Assembly: GCF_004010195.1 (NCBI RefSeq)
Contig: NC_057718.1
Location: 29,078,466 to 29,131,994 of the forward strand
Direction of reading: 5' to 3'
Length of the DNA stretch: 53,529 nt
From: Chiloscyllium plagiosum
Lineage: Eukaryota
Shown here: positions 26,830-37,849 of the stretch, piece after piece
Numbering within the stretch: position 1 is the first letter of the stretch
How the letters are laid out: every line of letters begins with the position of its first letter
Notes under the pieces: generated by a model
Told to the model about the DNA's origin: nothing
The model's database searches: none
What the model saw: the letters and a program-made list of their open reading frames with translations, nothing else
Position numbers and translations under genes: made by a program

Positions 26830-29290
26830 TATTGTAACTGGTGACTTCAATCAAGCCAATCTAAGGAAGGTGTTGACTAAGTACCACCAAAACATTACCT
26901 GCCCCACTAGGGGCCAGAACATTTTAGACCACTGCTACACCACTGTGAAAGATGCTGACCACTCCAAGCCCCACCCTCATTTTGGGAACTCTGACCACAA
27001 CGCCATTTTTTTTCTCTCAGCTTACAAGCAAAAGCTCAAGCAGGAGATCCCCTCACAGATACAGGTCCAGTGTTAGTCAACGGAGGTAGAGGATCAACTC
27101 TGGCGCTGTCTGGAATCAGCTGATTGGGCCATGTTCAAACAGTCCGCAGGATGAGTACGCCCCCACCGTCACAGACTTTATTAGCAAGTGTGTGGAGGAC
27201 TGCATACTGAGCAAGTCAATCCAGGTGTTCCCCAATAGGAAACCCTGAATGAATCAGGACATATTAAACCTGGTAAAAACCACACGTGAGGTCTTCAAAT
27301 CAGGAGACCCACTCAAATATAAGGAATCCAAGTATGACCTTTGCAGAGCCCTTAAGACAGCCAAGGACCAATACGGATCCAAACTAGAGACCTAGACAGA
27401 CACCAGGCGACTATGGAAAGGACTTAATGACATCACAGGTTCTAAAAATAGACAGTGCAAGATAGCAGATGATGACACATCTCTCCCAGATCGTCTCAAC
27501 ACCTTCTGTGCTCGCTTTCAGCAAAGTTTCGTTGGAGACGTAACACCTATTCTGACAAGTCCTGATGAACCTATCCCAATAGTCACTGCATCAGAGGTCA
27601 GATCAGTTTTCCTTCGTGTGAATCCAGGGAAAGTGATAGGACCAGACAGAGTACCAGGTCGGGCACTCAGAGCATGTGCAGATCAACTGGCAGAGGTCTT
27701 CTCGGACATCTTCAACTCTCCCTGCAGCAGGTCACTGTCCCTGCCTGTTTCAAGAGGGCCAACATCATCCCGGTCTCTAAGAAGGCTCATGCAGCATGGC
27801 TCAATGACCCAGTGGCCCTAACCTCAGTGGTCATGAAGTGCTTTGAAAGGCTGGTCATAGCATTAATCAACTCCAGCCTCCCCACTGCTCTCGGCCCACT
27901 CCAATTTGCCTATCGGACGAACAGATCAACGTCAAATGCCATATCATTTGCCCTTCACTCCTCTCTAGAACATTGTGACACCAAGAACAGCTATGTAAGA
28001 ACAACTAGGAGAAAGTGAGGACTGCAGATGCTGGAGACCAGAGTTGAAAAATGTGGTGCTGGAAAAACACAGCAGGCCAGGCAGCATCCGAGGAGTGGGA
28101 GAATCGACATTTCCTGATTCCTGATTCCTCAGGAATCAGGAAATGTCGATTCTCCCGCTCCTCGGATGCTGCCTGGCCTGCTGTGTTTTTCCAGCACCAC
28201 ATCTTTCAGCTATGTAAGAATCCTACTCATTGACTACAGTTCAGCCTTCAACACTATTATCCCCCAGGACTGATTACTAAACCTTAGTGATCTTGGACTA
28301 AGCCCCACTCTCTGCAACTGGATCCTCAGTTTCCTGACCCACAGGCCATAATCAGTGAAGATGGTGGACAATATTTCATCCTCACTAACACTCAACACTG
28401 CAGCCCCCAGGGGTGTGTACTCAGCCCTCTACTGTACACCCATGAGTGCATCACCAAATACCAGACTAATGCCTTTTACAAGTTCGCTGACAACACCACC
28501 GTAGTAGGTTGAATCTCAGATGGCGACAAAACAGACTACAGACGGGAGATGGAAGACCTAGAAAAATGGTGCACTGAGAATAACCTAGTTCTCAATGCTG
28601 GCAAAACCAATTAACTCATTACTGACATTCGGCAGGATGTTACTTATGCCCCCCCTACACATTAACAGCACAAAGGTGGAACAAGTGGAGAGTGTCAAGC
28701 TTCTGGGAGTGATCATCAACAACAAGCTTTCTTAGACTCTTCATGTGGACACATTGGCTACAAAGGCCCTACAACGTCTCTTCTTCTTCAAGCAGCTGAG
28801 AAAACTTGGCATGACAACAAATACCCTTGCCAACCTTTATAGGTGCACCATCGAGAGCATTCCATTTGGATGTATCACTACCTGATATGGTAACTGTACC
28901 ATTCAAGATCAGAGACGGTTACAGAGAGTGGTGAACTCAGCCCGGACAATCACAAAGGCCAACTCCTATCTATAGAATCCATCTACCCGACCCGCTATCA
29001 ATAGAAGGCTGCATTATCAAAGATCCATTCCATCCTGGCAATGTTTTTCTACAACGTCTACCATCAGGCAGAAGGTACAGAAGCCTGAACACATGCACCT
29101 GCCGGTTTCGAAACAGTTTCTACCCTAGTGTTGTTAGAATACAGAATCACAAACTCTTAGCATTTGCCTGTACCTGTGTTTTGGTTTGTGCCGCTGTTTA
29201 CCTATTATTTACTTAATTTAACTCTGTGATCTGCCTGTATTGCTCGCAAGACAAAGCTTTTCATTGTGCCTGGGTACACGTGACATTCCG
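26830..29290 (+). mobile_element. 5'-truncated, decayed Rex1/Babar-like LINE (APE end plus RT)
   Basis: IVTGDFNQANL...TRGQNILDHCYT...PHFGNSDH (endonuclease); PVALTSVVMKCFERLV...PLQFAYRTNRST; YKFADNTT (YADD-like). Multiple stops and frameshifts. Confidence 0.88.
28002..28210. mobile_element. Fold-back Penelope-like insertion inside the Rex1 RT, 14-bp target-site duplication
   Basis: cagctatgtaagaa at 27988-28001 and 28207-28220; near-perfect inverted arms. Confidence 0.88.
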
Positions 29291-29309
29291 TGACATCCCA
29301 TCCCATTCA

Positions 29310-30240
29310 ATTCAGATTTCCAGCAACCACACTGGTTTAAAAACAAAAACTGCTGGAAATCACAGCAGGTCAGCCAGCATCTGTGGAGAGAGAGCAAACC
29401 AACATTTCGAGTTTAGATGACTCTTCATCAGAGCTCACGTGAAGTATGGAGGGGCCAGACGTTATGCTATAGTGGAGGGGTGGGTGGGTGGAATGATGGG
29501 GGAGAAAGGATGCAGATGGTGCCAATTAAGTGATCGGGAAAATCAGCGTGGCTGACATGGCTTCCTTCTTCCATAACCATGGTTTCCCGCCCATTGTGGT
29601 TGACAGGGCCCTCTACTGAATCCAACCTATCACTCGTGTTTCCACCCCATCCAATAACTCACAACAGTGTGATTTTTATCCTAATTTTTCATCCCTCCAG
29701 CTTCAAAGGATTCTTCTCCACCATTTCAGACAACTCCAGCAGAACGCCACCAACAAACACCAACAAAAACCCTCACTCCCTCTGCCTGCATTCCGCATGG
29801 GCCGTTCCACCTGGGACACCCTAGTCCATTCCTCAATGACCAACACCAACCAATTGTATTAGCTGCACCCAATGTGGCCAATCTACACTGGAGAAACCAA
29901 ACGCAGACTGGGTGACAACTTTGCAGAACACCTCCGGTCCATGCTCAAGTATGACCCCAACCTTCCTGTAGCCGGTCATGTTAACACTGCATCTGCTTGC
30001 ATGCTTACTTATCTGTCCTCAGCTTGCTGCAATGCTCCAGCAAATCACAGTGTAAACTGTAGTAACAATATCTCACCGTCAGACTAGACGCTTTATTACT
30101 TTCTGAACTTAATAAAAACTAAAAGAACTGCAGATGCTGTAAATCAGAAACAAAAACAGAAGTTGCTGGAAAAGCTCAGCAGCATCTATGAAGAGAAATC
30201 AGAGCCAACACTTCAGGTCCGGTGACCCTTCCTCAGAACT
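29310..30240. mobile_element. Older Penelope-like remnant with hammerhead-like termini
   Basis: GIY-YIG remnant IYTGETKRRLGDNFAEHLRS on +; minus-strand CTGATGA-A-GAGT-catctaa-ACTC-GAAA at ~29405-29431; degenerate motif at ~30205-30240. Confidence 0.75.
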
Positions 30241-30879
30241 GGTTTATATTGATCTTTTTATGACCTCAAGAGTGCTGCAAAGTAGTTTACATCCAAATGA
30301 CATGCCATTTTTGAAGTGCCATTGCTGCTGCAATGTAGGAAATGCAGTACCAAACTATGCAAAGCAAGATCCCACAAATTGCAATCAGCAGATGACCTGC
30401 CATGGGATCTTTTATATTCACCAGAGACAGCAGACAGAACCTTGCTTTAACATCATATCTAAAAGACAGCAACATTGACACATCCGGTACTGCATTAGAG
30501 TGCCAGCCGAGGTTTTAGTCCCTAGAGTGGCCATGAGTCTACGAAAGATACTTTTTAAAAAATAATGTATGTATTTCATAGAAGTTGTAGAAGAGAAAGG
30601 ATGCCATCAGGTTACCATGCTTTTGTTGAGTTAATTTTATATCTAATCATATTATCATCCTATGGCTCTATGTCATTTACATTTTGTCTTCTAGTCTTTA
30701 GCTTTAATGAAAAGTTCTGTACAGAAGGACATTAAACATAAAAGAGTATGAAGTCAAGGTAAACTTGGGAATGGACGAGAAATTTGTGAAGGGCTCAACA
30801 ATTTAGCACAAAGTTATCCGAGCTATGTAGGAAGGTTGAGGACCATGGAATTGTTTGCTCAGAGAGAAGGCTCAGGGAA

Positions 30880-31305
30880 GTCATAGAGATGTACAGCCCG
30901 GAAACAGACTCTTTGGTCCAACCTGTCCATGCCGACCAGATATCCCAACTCAAATCTAGTCCCACCTGCCAGCATCCAGCCCATATCCCTCCAAACCCTG
31001 CCTATTCATATACCCATCCAAATGCCTTTTAAATGTTGCAATTGTACCAGCCTCCACCACTTCCTCTGGCAGCTCATTCCATACATGTACCACCCTCTGT
31101 GTGAAACAGTTGCACCTTAGGTCCCTAACTATACTTTTCCCCTCTCACCCTAAACTTATGCCCTCTAGTTCTGGACTGCCCCACCTCAGGGAAAAGATTT
31201 TGTCTATTGATCCTATCCATGCCCCTCATAATTTTGTAAACCTCTCTAAGGTCACCCCTCAGCCTCCGACGCGCCACGAAAAACAGCCCTAGTCTGTTCA
31301 GCTTC
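30880..31305 (-). mobile_element. CR1 3' end
   Basis: Same tail family as 15544-16285, 47158-47380 and 50062-50355. Confidence 0.85.
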
Positions 31306-34300
31306 TTAGGATTTAAAAGAGAAAAGGTTATTTAATAATATGTTTGAGATTGACATGGACTCTAGGAGCTATGACAGATTCTGAAAGGAAATGTCACGCT
31401 TGAACAATTTTGTGAATATAGGGTAATGCAATGCACATAATATATATGGATTTCCAAAGAATCATTATTGGGCTCAGACCATGTGGAATCAGGGGCAATA
31501 TTTTTGGGTTGGGAAATGGTAGGAAATAGTGCTACAAGAATCACTGTTTGGATATGGAATGATTTGGATAGGAATCAGAAGGACAATTTCAAATTGTGGA
31601 TAACGTCAAACTAGAGGCTACAGTTAATATAGAAGAGAATGGCGTCAAATACCGGAAGACATTAATGAACTGATGGGTAATTAGAAAATAAACTTCAACA
31701 TGGATATGTGCAAGGTAATACACTTTCATAGGATAAATAAGGATGTATTTGGAAAATACATCTAAACAGGGTATTGGAACAGAGGGACCTAGGGGATATA
31801 GTTATACAGAGTCATGGTGGCAGGGTGGGGAAATTACCTCACCGCTTAACGGAATTAGAAAGCAGTTTGGGAACAATCTAGATTTAAATATATTTCAATT
31901 AGTTACTGAAATATGAATAATGTTTATTTTTCCAACTGTACGTACAGAAATAAATACCCTTTGTATATCACAGATGTGCAAGTAAAGGTCTGGATGTAAC
32001 AAAAGTCAATAGCTCTTTTCCCTTGGAACCCATCTGTTCAGTTTTCTAATAAAGGCCTCAAGAAAAGACTATTTTATACTTTCTTTCATCTCTGCAACAA
32101 TAGAAATAAAAATGTTTACATCTAAAATTTGTGCACAGAACCTCCCTCCTAACTTAATATTGCAGTGAATCTAGAATTTCTAATGCTCATACTGAACACA
32201 AATAAAAATGCTAGCCATAAAATATATATTACAGAATATAAAAAATACATAAAGCCATGTCATAAAATTTCATTTCTCATGTATATGGCATGCTATACTA
32301 ATAAATATTGTAATTTTCATTTTTCTCCAGGAATGGTTCTTCAGTAACAGTTGATGTAGTTATACTTTTCTCAGTTTCTAACTGGGAAGAATGAAGCCAT
32401 TGTTTTCAGTATCCCCTGCAAACCTCCATCCTCTTAACTTGATTGTTCTCCTGAGTGACCGTCTGAGATTAAACCAAACTGTTTGCAACTTTGGTGTCAT
32501 GTTTTATTCTGAGGTTGAACTTCGAGCCTCAGATTCATATCAGTTCTAAGATCACGTATTCCTACTTCCGTAATGTTGCTCAACTTCATCCTGTCTCAGA
32601 TCATCTGCTGCTGAAACCGCAATTAAAGCTTTCATGCAGAAAATATGTTAGATTTGGAACAAAGAACTTTTAGCCCTTAATGGGGACAATTCAGAGGCAG
32701 GAAAGTATGAGAATTGCCATCATTGGCTGATACGCAGGTACCATCCTGTATCTAGACCACTTTCCTGGAAGTGGGTCAGTGGTTTGACCAGGCTGTCTGA
32801 TTATTGGGAATTGAAGGCCAATTGAGGCCTATCATCAGAGGCTAATCAGAATTTGCCAGCACTCCAGGCAAATTTTGAGTGTTTCATGATGTCAGTGAAC
32901 CATGGAATGATTAAAAGGTGGCTATTTGGTCTAACATGTCCATGCTGGTTCATTTCTCTGTTCTTCTTGTGCAGCTCTTAAATATTTATTTCTTTGAGCA
33001 CTTTCACTCAATTCCCTTTTGAAAGCCACACATGAAGCCGTCTCCATCGTAGCCTCAGGCAGCACATTTGAGCTCCTAGCTATTCTCTGGAGAAAAATGC
33101 CCTTCCTCAGGTCAGTGATGATTTTTTTGCCATTTGCTTTGAGTGAGTAGGCAAAGGTTTCTGAACCCCCTAACAATGGCAACAATTTTTCTCTAACTAC
33201 TCTGCCTGAATGCCTCATGACTTAGAAACTGTCAATACATATCCTCTCAATGTGTCCTTCTCCCCAGGAGAACAAACCCAACCCCTCCCGTACTCATGGC
33301 TACAGCTGTGCCACATGACACTCATGTGTAAGGGTTTTATTCAAAACAGAAACACAAAAAAAACCATGACTCAAATCCTGTCTCCACAATGCTGTTGGCA
33401 ACAGCACAGTACATTTGCCACCCATTCAGCTTTGAGCCAGATAATCCAGTTAAGGGGCCACTCATTTATAATTTTCAGGACTGAGAACACAGCAGCAAAT
33501 ATCAGGGTTTTATTCTGAGTGTCTATGACTTTAACAAAATGTTCTATGTATGTGACAGCAGTGGCCTGCTTCCATGCCTGCCATGGTGAGTCAAGATTCC
33601 AAGTGGTAGTAATATTTATCAACCTACTATTAAAAAGGGAAAAAAACTTTTAAAATATATTAACAGCAGGCCCTAATTATACAGACCTCCGTTCCCTCCA
33701 ATTTCAGTGTATCTGTCAACATTGGATATGAAGTTAAGTCTTTATAAAAGATGGTAGGGTGTATTACCCACTGATGTGAGACAAAATTAAAAACCACAAA
33801 GTGACGCAGCCCAGCTGATAGCATACAACCCTTTTCAACCATCTGTTATTTTCTGAACAGGATCTTGTGAAAGGAAAGTCTAAGAAAGTAAATCTAAGAT
33901 GTTGAAAAATAAATCACAACTCCGAACCCTGTCCTTCGTTTTGGATTGACATAATGGGATTTCACTCACCTGAATGTAATCTGCTCAAGGAATTCCCGAG
34001 TAGGGACACCATCATTATATTGTTAGCAAAGCAGTGGCAAAAACTGGGCTTTTCAGACTTGAACCATACGTTTGGGATGTTGGACTGGATTTAATGGGCA
34101 CCAGTTGGAGAACAGTGTGCCCTTATCAGTTCTATGGGCAAGGGCTGATGGTGTTAAGTGGCAACTGTCAGGCTTTCCCTGGCATTGAGGACACCCTGCA
34201 GCAACAGTCCCACATGCTGGGTACAGCCAGCCAACCAGGTGCCTACAGGTCCTGATTCTCATTAGTGCCAGTGGGAGCAATGGCAACAGCTGGCGATGTA

Positions 34301-34534
34301 TCAGGGACCCAGGATCAGGGAGGAACCCAGAGCAAAAGGGAGTGACAGTGGTTTGGGGATCATGGGTAAAGGTTGCACGATGGGGCAGCAGGCAGGAGGG
34401 TGTCCATAGGCATGGACAAGAGATATCTATCAATGCTTTCCTTTCTCAATACTGTACCGGTCCCTCTGTTGGGTACATCGCTTGAGCACAAAGTGCCCAA
34501 GAACACAGGACCTTGCTGCAGGATAGATTCTCGA

Positions 34535-34825
34535 TAAAATCCCTACAGTGTGGAAGTAGGCCATTAGGCACATCAAATCCATGCTGACCCTCCGAAGAAC
34601 ATCTCATCCAGATCCAGTCCCTCCACCCTAGCCCTGTAACCCTGCATTTTCCATAGCTAATCTACCTAACCTGCACGCTATGGGCAATTTAGTATGGACT
34701 GTGGGAGGAAACCAGAGCACCCGCAGGAAATCCATGCAGATACAGGGGTAATGTGCAAACTCCATACAGCCATTCACCTGACGCTGTGAGGCAACAATGC
34801 TAAACCCTGAGCCGCCATGCTACCC
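34535..34825 (-). mobile_element. Decayed HE1-like SINE
   Basis: ggactgtgggaggaaaccagagcacccg...tgtgcaaactcca core shared with 11327-11655. Confidence 0.75.
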
Positions 34826-36500
34826 CTGGATAAGTTGAAATAGACACACAGCCTCTTTGGGAATGGCAGGCTCCCATGAGACACTGAAGAACCAGCAACT
34901 GTTTATTGTGCAAGTAACTGCAAACCTATACTAGTGTACAAAACAATACGCTGCATTATCACAACGTGAACAGCACAACTGACATATATTGTAGGTGGCA
35001 TTATATGAAACAACAAGCCCTGAATGTCTTGTGGAGAACTGCACACCCTGTAAGCATTGCATATAACAAAACATCTTGCATACCACTGTAGGAAATGACA
35101 GACCAACAATTATGGCTGAATGGTAAAAAACGTTTTCCCATCCATTTGCAGAATGAATTTTGTTACATGCACAAATATCGAACATACCAACAGCAGAAAC
35201 AAAAATAACACTGAGCCTCCAAATATCAGAGTGGGAATATGCTTTCTTCCCAAAAGACCCACTCTACCCTTCCCCCTCACTCAGCCCACTCTCTCACTCC
35301 ATTCTCCCACTCCCTCCTCACCCATCTGTCCATTCTCTGACTCTACCATCAGTGACTACACTTGCCCACTCAATCCCTCATCAGACAAACTCCATTTCTT
35401 CACATTTTGCTTCCTGAATTCACTTTCTTCCTGCATGCAACTAATTCTACCTCTTCTCATCTCCTTTCGATTTTACCAGACCTTTGGACTGTTAGTTTGT
35501 CTGTCCCAACATGAGTAGACACAACTACTGTCACCTTCAAGAGAATAGATGAAATGCAAAAGGAGCAGAGCGATGCAACAATGTGGGCTGAGATCACACA
35601 GAATGTTCAAAATCAATTCAGGATGTGACAGTGAAATAATTCTCACAATTGAATGATCTCTTATCCACTTACCTAGACAACTTCAATTAACCTAACATCC
35701 AAACTGCTATAGACGACTTGACCATTGTTAAAGACAAGTCTTCAGTGACCATACATGATCAATAAACAAAATGCCATCCTAAATATGTCTATCTAAAAAT
35801 ATAAACTACTCATTGAGAGAAAGATCAATTGAGCAAACTTCATCCAAGATTGTATTTTTAATTTGATTCTGACTCATGTTGAATCATGTCATTGGTTCCG
35901 TTTCCTTTCATCACTGAGAGCCTTTCTGGTCCTTCTGGCTCGATGAGTTTTGAACCGTTGAGAGCTGCTGAATGTTGAACACGCCTGAATCCCTGTCGGA
36001 ATGCAGGGCTGTGAGCCAGACGGAATATTTTTGTATGAGTCCTATCCACAAACCTCCACCCCATCCCCATAAACCTTTCACCTGTGAATCTGAAACAGGC
36101 TCACCTTCTCTCAATCAAGTTTGTGTGGCCTTTCATTTTCCAACGTTTTTCTCTTCAGGACACCACTGCTCTGATTTGACCTTCCTGCTTATCCAACCAT
36201 ATTCACATACAATTATTTGCGTTCTTGTTTCTCATTCAATCAAATTTTCTCTCTCCTATTCTCAAAGCTCTTCCAGTCTTAGCTGCATTTTTCCAGCTCT
36301 CACTTCAGCTGCTTGAGTTTTTGTAGTTAAGGATGCTCAGCCCTGACCCTCCCCAAGATGAGCTTGTTGTTGTATGCACCCATTTACAGTAATGTGTAAA
36401 ATATTCCTGTAGTGATCAGAACCAGGTGGATCTCTTTGACTATGAGATTCTTGATTGGGGTTGTTAACCTGGACCAATCAGGAAAGTCTTGCCTGAGCAA

Positions 36501-37060
36501 TATAACCAGGACAGGGGGGGCTTGCTGGGTCTGTATTGTCTGCACTTTTGTATGTAACAGTACTTGTCTAATGTACAACTGTCACTGCTGTTGTCTCTTT
36601 ATATCTTTTTGTGAAACTGGGATTTGTGGTTTGTCCTCATGTCCCTGTAAACTGTTTGAACGGTAGGGTTTGGGGCCTGGCTTTGCTGCTCCTCTCCCTT
36701 GTAAAACTGCTGTCTTTTGTGTACAGCTGTCAATGTTTTTTGTAAACTGTTTTGTAATTTGTTTAATAAAATATAACCAGGACAGGGGGGGCTTGCTGGG
36801 TCTGTATTGTCTGCACTTTTGTATGTAACAGTACACTGTCTAATGTACAACTGTCATTGCTGTTGTCTCTTTATATTTTTATGTGAAACTGGGATTTGAT
36901 GTTTGTCCTCAGGTCCCTGTAAACTGTTTGAATGGTAGGATTTGGGGCCTGGCTTTGTTGCTCCTCTCCCTTGTAAAATTGCTGTCTCTTGTATGCAGCT
37001 GTAAATGTAACTGTTTGTTGTAAACTATTTTTGTAATTTGTTTAAAAAAAAAATAACCAG
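36501..37060 (+). repeat. Two diverged tandem copies of a ~271-280 bp unit
   Basis: 36501-36771 and 36772-~37053 align throughout with scattered substitutions and a small indel; each ends in gtttaataaaa or gttt plus an A-run. Confidence 0.95.
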
Positions 37061-37258
37061 AACGGGGGGGGGGGGGGGGCAGGTGATGGTGCAATGTTAA
37101 TTTCCCTGGACTAGTAATCCAGAACCTCAGTCTAGTGCTCAGGGTATGTAGTTCTAATCCCATCATGTGATGTGAAATTTGAACTCAATAACCTCTGATG
37201 CCTGTAAACAGCAGATCAAACAGTTACCAGCACCTTTGTGCAATAAGTATAACCAGGA

Positions 37259-37381
37259 CAGGGGGCCCTCATGTGGTGCAGTAGTAATGTCTCTACCCCT
37301 GAACCAAGAGACCCAGGTTAGAGTTCCAGCTGCTCCAAACATGTATAATAGCATCTCTGAACAGGTTGATTAGGAAGATGG
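37259..37381 (+). mobile_element. Short tRNA-derived SINE with 12-bp flanking duplication
   Basis: gtggtgcagtagtaatg (A-box-like), ggttagagttcc (B-box-like); gtataaccagga on both sides. Confidence 0.7.
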
Positions 37382-37849
37382 TATAACCAGGAGAATCTCC
37401 TCAGTTGAGGACTGACTCCGAGCTGGCTGGCAACAGCCAGTGTGCTGTGCACTTGTAAATAAAGGGTGATGTTGTGATGGGATACTGGCCTCCGTGCAGT
37501 TATTTCAATTTCAAATAGCTGCATAGCCATGCACCCCAGAGTGAATCTCAGATTGTGTGTGAGCTATTTCTTTGGTCTTTCTCATGCAAGTTAAATCCTG
37601 TGGGTCTCGAGTCATGTATTATCTAGACTACATAAAGACAGTAGTTTTCCTTCCCTAAAGGACATGACTGAACAGATGGGTTTTAATGATAATTGTTTCA
37701 TAGTATCATTAGACATTTAATTCCAAATTGTTAGTGAATTCAAATTCCACCATCCAGTGCATTTGAACTCACATTCCCAGTCCAGTACATCTCTGAATTA
37801 TTAGTGCAACAAGAACACCACTGTGCCTCCCCCTGCTGGTCTCTTAGTA

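Larger units (their letters stand above)
36365..37508 (+). mobile_element. Probable solo LTR split by serial insertions
   Basis: Begins TGTTGT, has CCAAT (ggaccaatcag) and TATAA, resumes after 37392 with gtaaataaagggtga and ends ttatttCA. Confidence 0.6.

Noticed and set aside
28005..28233. Mirror ORFs MWCWKNTAGQAASEE on both strands (also near 18-248, 20.0 kb and 48.6 kb)
   Set aside because: Translations of non-coding inverted Penelope-like termini, not genes.
34930..35100. Minus-strand acceptor tcatttcctacag as the next TTC7 exon
   Set aside because: In the required phase it gives an unrelated peptide ending in a stop.
35858..36070. ORF with EGPERL as the next TTC7 exon (KGPEEAL)
   Set aside because: Surrounding residues do not match and no suitable splice sites or phase were found.
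36501..37392. CRISPR array
   Set aside because: Eukaryotic context, no cas genes, spacers are 120-270 bp retroelement pieces of unequal length, and the repeats look like target-site duplications.
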